Shown here: positions 1-9,914 of the stretch, in pieces | Layout of the letters: each line of letters opens with the position of its first letter | Position numbering within the stretch: the stretch's first letter is position 1 | Notes under the pieces: generated by a model | The model's input: only the letters and a program-made list of their open reading frames with translations | Told to the model about the DNA's origin: nothing | Database searches by the model: none | Position numbers and translations under genes: made by a program | From: Snowella sp. | GTDB taxonomy: Bacteria > Cyanobacteriota > Cyanobacteriia > Cyanobacteriales > Microcystaceae | NCBI GenBank assembly: GCA_035285545.1 | Contig: JAYKGY010000057.1 | Coordinates: 1-15,506 of the forward strand | Reading direction: 5' to 3' | DNA: 15,506 bases

Positions 1-105
1 GTCAAAGTGTCCAGGCTTGCCCCATTTCTCAAAGGAAGTCGGGACAGGATTGGTATCAACCGTGACTTTGGCTTTCGCCTCTCTTTCGGGAGGACTAATT
101 GTCAT
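1..105 (-). CDS. psaA: Photosystem I P700 apoprotein A1, 5' end (runs off the window)
   Basis: Manual translation from ATG at 105-103 gives [35 protein letters not shown], the characteristic PsaA N-terminus. SD-like GAGAGGAG lies at 120-113 on the minus strand. Confidence 0.97.
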   Translation of the reverse strand, partial: MTISPPEREAKAKVTVDTNPVPTSFEKWGKPGHFD

Positions 106-383
106 GAGGGTACTCCTCTCTCGACAATGAACTTCAAGGGTTTCCTATTGTGATTAGTTTAATGGAGGAAGGGCAAAAGTGGAATTTTTTAACCTTCCTT
201 AACATAAGGCTAGAATTACCTAATTTTTCAAGATTAGGTACAAGCATCAATTGTTGATGATAAGTCTTCTTTTTGGCTCTTTTAGAGATTCGTAACAATA
301 ATTAAAATTTAACCAATGCATTATCCCGTCAGGATTGTAAACAATAACAAACGCAACAAAAGTCAAGCAAAATCAATATTTGC

Positions 384-401
384 TTTACAAAAAGTAACAG
401 A
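384..401 (+). promoter_or_regulatory. HLR1-like (RpaB-type) direct repeat in the psaA upstream region
   Basis: TTTACAAA-AA-GTAACAGA versus the HLR1 consensus (G/T)TTACA(T/A)(T/A)-N2-(G/T)TTACA(T/A)(T/A). The first half is perfect and the second has 2 mismatches. PSI promoters are known RpaB targets. Confidence 0.55.
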
Positions 402-680
402 ATTTTTGCTTAAGACGTTGATAAAGAAAACAAATCGTATTAAATCTATAGAAAGTTATCAATGCTCTCGCGAAATATTTCTCTGGCTCACCCTTTTTTT
501 GATAAATATTAATAAATGTTAAGAATATGAGTTTCTTGCAAATTTAAGATACCAATCAATTACGGGGGATCTGAAAATTCCAGAGTCTGTAAGATCAAGA
601 TAGGATTTTCTCGGCTGAGCATTACAATGGCTTGCTGTTGAGATCTTGTGTTAACCATTCCGAGAGAGGAGATAAGGACG

Positions 681-2075
681 GTGATTAAGTTAAACCTGCG
701 ATCGCAGACGAAAAAACCGACTCAATGGTGGGTTCTGTTTTGGGTCATCGCTTTAAGTTGGGGACTGCTTAGTTGTAGCGATCGCCTCGTTGCCGCTTCT
801 CCTCCGACGTTAGTGCCGATTTCTGAGCCTGTGATAACCGGAAAATTGGCAGAAGTTCCCCCACCAGAATCGATTCAGGCGTTGCGTCGCAGTTTAGATT
901 CATATCAACCCCAGGTTAAAATTCTCAGTCCTCAACCCGAACAAGTGCTGGAAGAAACCAGTATTGCCGTTAAACTCGCTGTTCAGGATTTGCCTATTTT
1001 TCAAAATGCAGACTTGGCAATGGGGCCCCATCTTCATCTAATTTTAGATAATGAACCCTATCAGGCTATTTATGATGTTAATCAACCTTTTATTTTGAAA
1101 GGCTTAACGCCAGGAACCCATACCTTACGAATATTTGCGTCTCGACCTTGGCACGAAAGTTTTAAAAATGATGGAGCCTACGCCCAAACGACTTTTCATG
1201 TATTAACCAAAACGGAAGACAATCGCCCCGATCCGGCCTTACCCCTGCTGACCTACAGCCGTCCGAAAGGGGATTATGGAGCCGAACCAATTTTATTAGA
1301 CTTTTATTTGACCAATGCCCCCCTCCATGTGGTGGCCCAAGAAAGCCCTGATGATGCGATCGCCGATTGGCGGATTCGAGTCACTATCAATGGAGAAAGC
1401 TTTATTTTAGACAATTGGCAACCCATCTATCTCAAAGGCTTTGAAAATGGGAAAAATTGGGTCAAATTAGAATTTATTGACGAACAAGGCAATACGGTCG
1501 CTAATACCTTTAACAACACCGTCAGAGTCATCAACTACCAGCCCAACGGACAAGATAGCTTATCAAAATTAGTACGTGGCGAAATTCCCCTCAGTGTGGC
1601 TAAAAGTATCGTTAATCCGGCTATTACCGTCGATAAAATCCCAGAAGAAGCGATCGCGTCTCCAAATGAATTAAAAGAGCCAGAAACCCTAGAAACCCCG
1701 ACCCAATCTTCAAGCAACGAAACAACAGAAGCAGAAGAAGCGGGCATTCCATCCCTTCCTGTTCCCAATGCATTAAAATCCTTACCAAACCCAATTGATC
1801 CCTTAACCGAGCAACCCAAGGTACCGGATTCTATTCCCCTTCCAATCGAAACTCCCGATGCTTTAATCGATAACGCTTTAACCCCTGATTCAGTTCCATT
1901 AAACCTTGTGCCTCCTTCGACAGAGGAACCTATTTCTTCAACTCTCCCATTGCCGACATTAGACGCAGAAGAAGAATCGATTCCCCCCGTAGAAGACTTT
2001 CCCCTCGTTGCTGCTCCACTCGGATCACCAATCCCCCTGGGAACAGAGGAGGAGGTAGAATCTATTGCTCCATAA
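681..2075 (+). CDS. Hypothetical exported protein, probable lipoprotein, with two beta-rich repeats and a Pro/Glu-rich C-terminal tail
   Basis: Long ORF (track start 648). GTG at 681 follows AGGAG/AAGGA and is the likelier start. Basic N-region and hydrophobic stretch end in the lipobox-like LLSC. Low-complexity P/E/S/T tail over roughly the last 140 aa. Confidence 0.75.
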   Translation: MIKLNLRSQTKKPTQWWVLFWVIALSWGLLSCSDRLVAASPPTLVPISEPVITGKLAEVPPPESIQALRRSLDSYQPQVKILSPQPEQVLEETSIAVKLAVQDLPIFQNADLAMGPHLHLILDNEPYQAIYDVNQPFILKGLTPGTHTLRIFASRPWHESFKNDGAYAQTTFHVLTKTEDNRPDPALPLLTYSRPKGDYGAEPILLDFYLTNAPLHVVAQESPDDAIADWRIRVTINGESFILDNWQPIYLKGFENGKNWVKLEFIDEQGNTVANTFNNTVRVINYQPNGQDSLSKLVRGEIPLSVAKSIVNPAITVDKIPEEAIASPNELKEPETLETPTQSSSNETTEAEEAGIPSLPVPNALKSLPNPIDPLTEQPKVPDSIPLPIETPDALIDNALTPDSVPLNLVPPSTEEPISSTLPLPTLDAEEESIPPVEDFPLVAAPLGSPIPLGTEEEVESIAP

Positions 2076-2239
2076 TGAGGATTGGAGGGATTCTTGTCTC
2101 TAAGCTATTGAATATTAAACTGGATAATTACTTAGACTAGCCTGATGAGTTAGGAGTACTCAGTTAACCCATGGGCTTTCAGTCAGTTTAGGTTTGAAAG
2201 CTGGCTAAAAATAGGTATTATTTAAAAATATCTAAAACA

Positions 2240-2310
2240 GTAAGAATTTCTAACAATTTCTAAATTTATACCTAAAAATCTTTACCTCAATCAGGAAACT
2301 ATATTATACT
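2240..2310 (+). promoter_or_regulatory. Putative promoter of the 2357 gene with an upstream 10-bp-period direct repeat
   Basis: TTTACC (2281-2286), 18 nt spacer, TATACT (2305-2310). AATTTCTAA is repeated at 2245-2253 and 2255-2263. Confidence 0.4.
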
Positions 2311-2356
2311 TTTAACGTCTGACAATTGATTTTCGTGATTCAAAAGCGAGGTTATC

Positions 2357-2905
2357 GTGTTAACTCAATCTGTTAAAGTCCTTACTGGTGTTGTCGCAGC
2401 TCTTGCTGCCTATGGTATCTCTGCTATGCCTGCACAAGCAGAACCTGTTCAACAGTCCTCCGAAGTATTGGTTAGCCAATTAGCTGGCCATGATCTTTGG
2501 AGAAAAGGAGGTACCCAACTCTTAATCGGTGATTACGCTATTGGTCGGGTTCGTGGTGTTATCGGAAACATTCTCTTTATTGAATTCTTAAAATATCCCC
2601 AATCCCTCAGTGCTGATGGTTTCTTTACCGTTGGTGACCGTCGCTATAGCCATGTTCACTTAGTTGGTTCTGCTCAGCCTGGTGATGATGTGATCGTTCG
2701 CCGTAGTGGCAATACTTGGGAAGTTGCTCAGGCTCATCCCGTTTGGATTAGCCGTTTAAATCTCAAAGAAGTTCCTACCTTTGAAAGAAGTGCAGTTAAT
2801 TTTGAGTCTACCGCGCCTGTTTCCTTGCCTCCTGCTCAACCGGCTCCTGCACCGACTTTCCGTCCTGCACCCGCGCCTGCTCCTGCAATCCGTGGTCTAT
2901 GGTAA
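2357..2905 (+). CDS. Secreted hypothetical protein with a Pro/Ala-rich linker and C-terminal IRGLW
   Basis: 182-aa ORF with GTG start after GAGG. Sec-type signal ends in AQA/E. C-terminus is PAPAPTFRPAPAPAPAIRGLW. Confidence 0.8.
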   Translation: MLTQSVKVLTGVVAALAAYGISAMPAQAEPVQQSSEVLVSQLAGHDLWRKGGTQLLIGDYAIGRVRGVIGNILFIEFLKYPQSLSADGFFTVGDRRYSHVHLVGSAQPGDDVIVRRSGNTWEVAQAHPVWISRLNLKEVPTFERSAVNFESTAPVSLPPAQPAPAPTFRPAPAPAPAIRGLW

Positions 2906-2978
2906 GGTTCTTCAGATTTATCTGAGTGCATAACGTTTAATTTTTGTAGCTTTTAACTTTAAAGTCTTTTGAAATATT

Positions 2979-3021
2979 GGCGTTGCTTGATTGATTTAAA
3001 TTAGGCAGCGTCTTTATTTTT
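2979..3021 (+). terminator. Rho-independent terminator
   Basis: GGCGTTGCTTGATT pairs with AATTAGGCAGCGTC (14 bp including several G-U pairs), followed by TTTATTTTT. Confidence 0.6.
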
Positions 3022-3046
3022 AAGAGATAAGGTAGGGGTTATTTCG

Positions 3047-3529
3047 ATGGGAATCTTACAAAGGCTTGTCGCTCAAACAATCACAGCAGAAGCGTTTAAA
3101 CCCTATGGCCAATTAATTCTCCCCTCAGACGATGGCAAGGGCTTTGATGAATCGGATGCCCAGTTAGATTTGAGTCAGGGAACGCCTCGGTTTTACATCA
3201 TGCGCTTACCGCATCGAGGTCGCTGTTTTCATAAAATCACTCGTCATGTCCGTTGTACCCAATGTCTGGGGTCTTTAGGAGGAAAATATTGGTTTCTGGC
3301 GGTTTGCCCACCTTCGGAGGCACTGGTTCCTGACTTAAGCCAAATGAGGGTATTTCAGATTTTCGGCGATCGCTTTGTTAAATTAGAAAAAGGAACTTGG
3401 CATGCAGGGCCGTATTTCGATGAACCTAGCATGGATTTTTATAACTTAGAACTGAGTAATACGAATGTGATCGATCACTTTACCCATGATTTTTTGAAGA
3501 GTCATGAATTGCAGTTTGAAATTGTCTAG
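3047..3529 (+). CDS. Ureidoglycolate lyase/hydrolase (AllA-like, cupin fold)
   Basis: Motifs IT.EAFKPYGQ, ITRH..CTQ and GTWHAGP, and a size of 160 aa, match the family. Confidence 0.8.
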   Translation: MGILQRLVAQTITAEAFKPYGQLILPSDDGKGFDESDAQLDLSQGTPRFYIMRLPHRGRCFHKITRHVRCTQCLGSLGGKYWFLAVCPPSEALVPDLSQMRVFQIFGDRFVKLEKGTWHAGPYFDEPSMDFYNLELSNTNVIDHFTHDFLKSHELQFEIV

Positions 3530-3538
3530 TGACGATGG

Positions 3539-4453
3539 CTACTGTTCTGAGTCGGGTTCATCGTCGGGCACGGCACTCCCATCCACTTGACGGCAATAAT
3601 TTTGGGTTTGTTCAACGGCAGGAAAAACGGGCCCAATCCATTTTTTATACACTTCTTTGGTCGCAGGATTGGCGATCGCGGTATTGACTAACCGTTGCCA
3701 TTGGGGATCATCTTGGGGAATAATTAAGCCATATTCTTCGCAATCTAAGGGATACTTAGGATAAATAAGATATTCTCTTCCTAACGATAAATTTTGTAGT
3801 AAAGCTTCCCCAATTAGCAAAATTCCATCACTGGCAAAGGCATCAATTTTACCCTGTTGGAGAGCCTGTACCCCTCGTAAACGACCAGTTGTGCCTTGAA
3901 ATTCTTGAATAGTCGCTTGAGGATACTTTTCCGCAACGAATCTTAGGTTCGTGGTGTTCCGTAAACCACCAATGACTAGCCCTTTAAAACTGCGGTTTGA
4001 GCGAAATCTTCCTCGGTCATCGGCTCGAATTAAAAATTGGGTTCCCGTTAAAAAAATAGGATTAGAAAAGGCAATCTCTTGGGGCGGATCTTGACGGATT
4101 GTATTCGGGCCACATTCTAAATAGACAACCTGATCGCTAACCAGTTCAAAACGATTAAAGAGGGTAGATTTAAAGAGTTTAACTAAAATAATCGGTTGAT
4201 TTAATTCTTGAATGACTTGATTTTTAAGAATTTCAATAAAATCAATACAAATTCCTGTCCAATTATCATTTAAATCCCGATAACCAAAGGGAACCGCATC
4301 TTCTCGGACAGCAACCCGTAGTAAACCCGTTCGTCTAATTTCCTCAATTACGGATGTTGTTTGGGCTTGGACAGGCGCAAGCGTGAGACTGAATAACAAA
4401 AGACTGTTAATAAACGCCTGGATTCTCCAAAACGGTTGTTTCTCGACTTTCAT
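3539..4453 (-). CDS. Amino acid ABC-type substrate-binding protein (SBP family 3, GltI-like)
   Basis: Signal peptide (VQA/Q) and motifs IRRTGLLRVAVREDAVPFGY, NRFELV, LECG and LQQGKIDAFASD. Confidence 0.88.
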   Translation of the reverse strand: MKVEKQPFWRIQAFINSLLLFSLTLAPVQAQTTSVIEEIRRTGLLRVAVREDAVPFGYRDLNDNWTGICIDFIEILKNQVIQELNQPIILVKLFKSTLFNRFELVSDQVVYLECGPNTIRQDPPQEIAFSNPIFLTGTQFLIRADDRGRFRSNRSFKGLVIGGLRNTTNLRFVAEKYPQATIQEFQGTTGRLRGVQALQQGKIDAFASDGILLIGEALLQNLSLGREYLIYPKYPLDCEEYGLIIPQDDPQWQRLVNTAIANPATKEVYKKWIGPVFPAVEQTQNYCRQVDGSAVPDDEPDSEQ

Positions 4454-4462
4454 AGTGCTTGA

Positions 4463-5491
4463 TCAACTTGTCTGCCATTGATCTAAAAGGTCTTTGAAAA
4501 GGGCTTCTTCTAACCAGGTTTTTGCCACAACCGTTAGGGGTAAAGCCAAGAGTAATCCTAAAATGCCAAAGGTACTGGCAAAGAAAATTTGAGCGATGAG
4601 GGTAACTGCGGGTAATAGGGACACCTGTTTCGCCATAACAATGGGGGTTAACCAATAGCTTTCGATGTTTTGAATAATAAAATATAAAACTAAAACTGCC
4701 CAAATTTTCCAGGGTTCATCCAGTAAAGCAATCATGATAGGAAAGACGACACTAGCCGCAGGGCCAAGATTGGGAATAAAGTTTAAAATTCCGGCCATGA
4801 GCGCGTGCACTAACACCAGTTTAATCTGTAAGACCCATAGACCTAAGCCACTCAAAAGACCAATAAAAATACAGTTAATCACTGTCCCCGTCAGCCAATT
4901 TCCTAAGGCTGCTTCAGAAAGGGTCAAAATTTCATCGGCACGACGACGATAGAAAGCGGGAAATAATTTTAAAAAACTTTTACGGTACCCCTGAGGATTT
5001 AGGAGCATCATCACCGTTAAAGCCAATACAAACAGCGATCGCAAAAAAGCGGCAACCGAGTTAGAAAAAATAGCAAAAAAATTGCGAAATACCTGAGCAC
5101 CAACGGAGGGAAAGGCAATCACGTTCGATTGATCGGTTAGAAAATTGGGTAACCAACTCGATTCGAGTTCTTGGCTTTGGAGCGTTGAAACAAAGGCTCG
5201 CAGACGACTAATGGCTTTAGGGAGTAGGGCAAGTAAATTTTGAAATTGTTCGATAAAAGGCGGAACGATTAGCCAGAAAAAAAGAACGGTTAACCCAATC
5301 ACCGTCAAGAAGGTTAGGATTACAGCCGTTTTCCGTTGAATATTAAATCTTTCTAGCGATCGCACCAAACGATTCAGGGCTGTCGTCAGTACAATCGCCA
5401 TAAATACCAGCAGCAAAAGCTGTCGAATCTGCCAAAGCAAATAGCCAGCAATGATTACGCTCGATAATCCAAGCCACTGACTGAGTTTCAT
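4463..5491 (-). CDS. AI-2E family (PerM/TqsA-like) transporter
   Basis: Multi-TM protein of 342 aa with LNFIPNLG, IIQNIESYWLTP and FGILGLLLALPL motifs. Confidence 0.9.
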   Translation of the reverse strand: MKLSQWLGLSSVIIAGYLLWQIRQLLLLVFMAIVLTTALNRLVRSLERFNIQRKTAVILTFLTVIGLTVLFFWLIVPPFIEQFQNLLALLPKAISRLRAFVSTLQSQELESSWLPNFLTDQSNVIAFPSVGAQVFRNFFAIFSNSVAAFLRSLFVLALTVMMLLNPQGYRKSFLKLFPAFYRRRADEILTLSEAALGNWLTGTVINCIFIGLLSGLGLWVLQIKLVLVHALMAGILNFIPNLGPAASVVFPIMIALLDEPWKIWAVLVLYFIIQNIESYWLTPIVMAKQVSLLPAVTLIAQIFFASTFGILGLLLALPLTVVAKTWLEEALFKDLLDQWQTS

Positions 5492-5497
5492 GAAAAA

Positions 5498-6223
5498 TTA
5501 TTGATAATTAACAATACGGGCGAATCCGGTGGGATCTAAACTTGCGCCACCGACCAAGGCCCCATCAATTTCTGGTTGAGCCATAATTTCGTCGATATTA
5601 TCAGCTTTAACGGAACCGCCATACAGGATACTGACATCAGGGTTGCTTAACTGTTCCCGAATAATCCCAATCACCCGATTGGCTTCTGTGGCTTCACAGG
5701 TATCTCCGGTTCCGATAGCCCAGATCGGTTCATAGGCGATCACTAAACGGGATTGATCCACATCGACGACTCCCCGTTTCACCTGATTGATAATCACCGT
5801 TTCTGTCTCTCCCGCATCGCGCTGAGCCTTACTCTCTCCGACACACAAAATGGGGATTAAACCATGACGTTGAGCTGCAATTACTCGCAAATTCGCTGTT
5901 TCGTCCGTTTCACCAAAGTATTGACGGCGTTCACTGTGGCCAATAACCACATAACTGATGCCAATCTCAGTCAGCATATCCCCCGCAATCTCGCCCGTAT
6001 AAGCGCCTTTGTCTTCCCAATGGATATTCTGAGCACCGAGTTGAATCTGTCCCCCATGTAAGATTTTGGACATGGTTCCCAAAGATGTAAAGGGAATACA
6101 GAGAACCACTTCTCGTTGCTCATCCGTATCGAGCAGAAGGGGTTTAAACGCTTGCAAAAACTCCTGGGATTCCGCCTGAGTTTTGTGCATTTTCCAGTTA
6201 CCCGCAATAATAATTTTTCGCAC
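5498..6223 (-). CDS. tpiA: Triosephosphate isomerase
   Basis: Motifs [28 protein letters not shown] and LVGGASL. GTG start. Confidence 0.99.
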   Translation of the reverse strand: MRKIIIAGNWKMHKTQAESQEFLQAFKPLLLDTDEQREVVLCIPFTSLGTMSKILHGGQIQLGAQNIHWEDKGAYTGEIAGDMLTEIGISYVVIGHSERRQYFGETDETANLRVIAAQRHGLIPILCVGESKAQRDAGETETVIINQVKRGVVDVDQSRLVIAYEPIWAIGTGDTCEATEANRVIGIIREQLSNPDVSILYGGSVKADNIDEIMAQPEIDGALVGGASLDPTGFARIVNYQ

Positions 6224-6336
6224 AGCTTAATCTAAAACTCTTAATTTCAATAAAAGATGCCAGATCTCAGTTTAAGGCTTCAGGGGGATCACGGACACAG
6301 GAGTTTGGGTTTCGGCAAGGAAGGATAATTTACCTG

Positions 6337-6567
6337 ATGGCTAATGTGAGTTCTGAAGATCAGTTTTTCGGCGATCGCCAATCTATATTTAAACAACAAA
6401 ACGCGATCGCCTATTGGTTTTATCCAATCTTGCGTACTTATATCGAAAAACAGAGAATTGATTTCAAGTTTGCCAAAAAAACTTTTAGGCATTTGTGGAT
6501 CTCCAAACCCGATAATCGAGATCCTTGTACGAAATTTGTATTGTCAGCTTACAATAAGAAAAATTAG
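6337..6567 (+). other. Possible small ORF or gene fragment (76 aa), function unknown
   Basis: ATG preceded by AAGGAAGGA. Co-oriented with the Uma2 gene and ends 24 nt before it. No recognisable domain. Confidence 0.25.
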
Positions 6568-6591
6568 CAATAATTTCCCTCCTCAATATAT

Positions 6592-7167
6592 ATGACAAGT
6601 CCTCTAACGATTAAGCTTGATTCCTTAACTTTATCGGATGAACAGTTTTATCAATTGTGTCAAAATAACCGTGACTTGCGTTTTGAGAGAAACTGTAGAG
6701 GAGATTTAGTGATTATGCCCCCCACAGGCGGAGAAACGGGAGAACGGAATTCGGAAATCAATTATCAATTAAGACATTGGAATAAACACTCTCAACAGGG
6801 CAAAGTATTTGATTCTTCGACGGGGTTTAAATTATCCAATGGTTCAGATAAATCTCCTGATGCAGCTTGGATTCCTTTGGAAAAATGGAATGGGCTAACT
6901 CCCGAAGAACGCCAAGGTTTTGTACCACTTTGTCCTGATTTTGTCATTGAGTTACGGTCTAAAAGTGATAATTTAAAAGTCCTACAGGAAAAGATGCAGG
7001 AATATTTAGAAAATGGAACTCAGTTAGGTTGGTTAATTAATCGGCAAGATCGACAAGTTGAGATTTATCGTCAGGGTCAAGCAGTAGAAGTTTTAAATCA
7101 TCCGATGAGCTTATTAGGGGAAAATATATTACCGAATTTTATTTTGGATTTAGGGACAATTTGGTAG
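6592..7167 (+). CDS. Uma2 family (DUF820) putative restriction endonuclease-like protein
   Basis: Motifs FDSSTGF.L, SPDAAWI, PLCPDFVIELRS and KMQEYLENGTQLGWLI. Confidence 0.93.
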   Translation: MTSPLTIKLDSLTLSDEQFYQLCQNNRDLRFERNCRGDLVIMPPTGGETGERNSEINYQLRHWNKHSQQGKVFDSSTGFKLSNGSDKSPDAAWIPLEKWNGLTPEERQGFVPLCPDFVIELRSKSDNLKVLQEKMQEYLENGTQLGWLINRQDRQVEIYRQGQAVEVLNHPMSLLGENILPNFILDLGTIW

Positions 7168-7277
7168 TTTTAGAAACTATTTTTTGTTAAAAATCTTCTT
7201 TTTCAAAAAAAGAAAACTATAATATTGTGTCCCTACACGAATTTTTTCGATAGAAGCCGATTTCGTAGGTTAAATTT

Positions 7278-9410
<2,133 letters not shown>

Positions 9411-9435
9411 TTATTAAGATTTTAAGGGAATTGTC

Positions 9436-9834
9436 ATGTCAGCCATCGACAAACTACAACCCGCCAGTAAAGCCGATGTCGTGGTTTATCAACCCTATTA
9501 CCACAAAGATAAGCATAAAATTTTGCCCTTGGCCATTAGTCTCTACATTCAGGGACGTTTAGAAGGCAATCGTCGTATTGAAGGTACCGATGGGATACCG
9601 TTTGCTGCGTCCTGGTATGTGTCTAAGCTTCCCTCCGAGTTAACCCGTTGTCGTATTCAATTTGATGGTCAAGCGGAATTAAGCTACGAAATGACGATTC
9701 TGAATGCGGAATTTGTGGATTATCTCATTGAGGTGATTAACATTAATAAAGAATTCAATGCGGTCGATTTTCCCCAAAGTTTTTATCGAAAATTACTGAA
9801 GTTTGATGAAGTCGCAAAAACAACGGCATCATAA
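9436..9834 (+). CDS. ebsA: Type IV pilus biogenesis / biofilm suppression protein EbsA
   Basis: 132 aa. VVVYQPYY, LPLAISLY..G.LEG.R.IEG and DFPQSFYRKLL resemble cyanobacterial EbsA (recognised from memory). Confidence 0.8.
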   Translation: MSAIDKLQPASKADVVVYQPYYHKDKHKILPLAISLYIQGRLEGNRRIEGTDGIPFAASWYVSKLPSELTRCRIQFDGQAELSYEMTILNAEFVDYLIEVININKEFNAVDFPQSFYRKLLKFDEVAKTTAS

Positions 9835-9914
9835 GTAATGATCAATCATGACAGTCCAGGTTGGTATTTCAATCCCTGGCGACTAGCCTAAAACTTGATA
9901 GAAGGAGTGTTCTT

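Noticed and set aside
316..522. 68-aa ORF in the track
   Set aside because: AT-rich, Lys/Asn-biased, no SD, and lies in the psaA regulatory region; probably spurious.
2142..2207. Hammerhead ribozyme-like core (CTGATGA ... GAAA)
   Set aside because: Stem II does not close next to the core and no stem III/UH arrangement compatible with stem I can be built.
3539..4453. GrrP of a GRRM radical-SAM peptide system
   Set aside because: No radical SAM gene or Gly-rich precursor is nearby.
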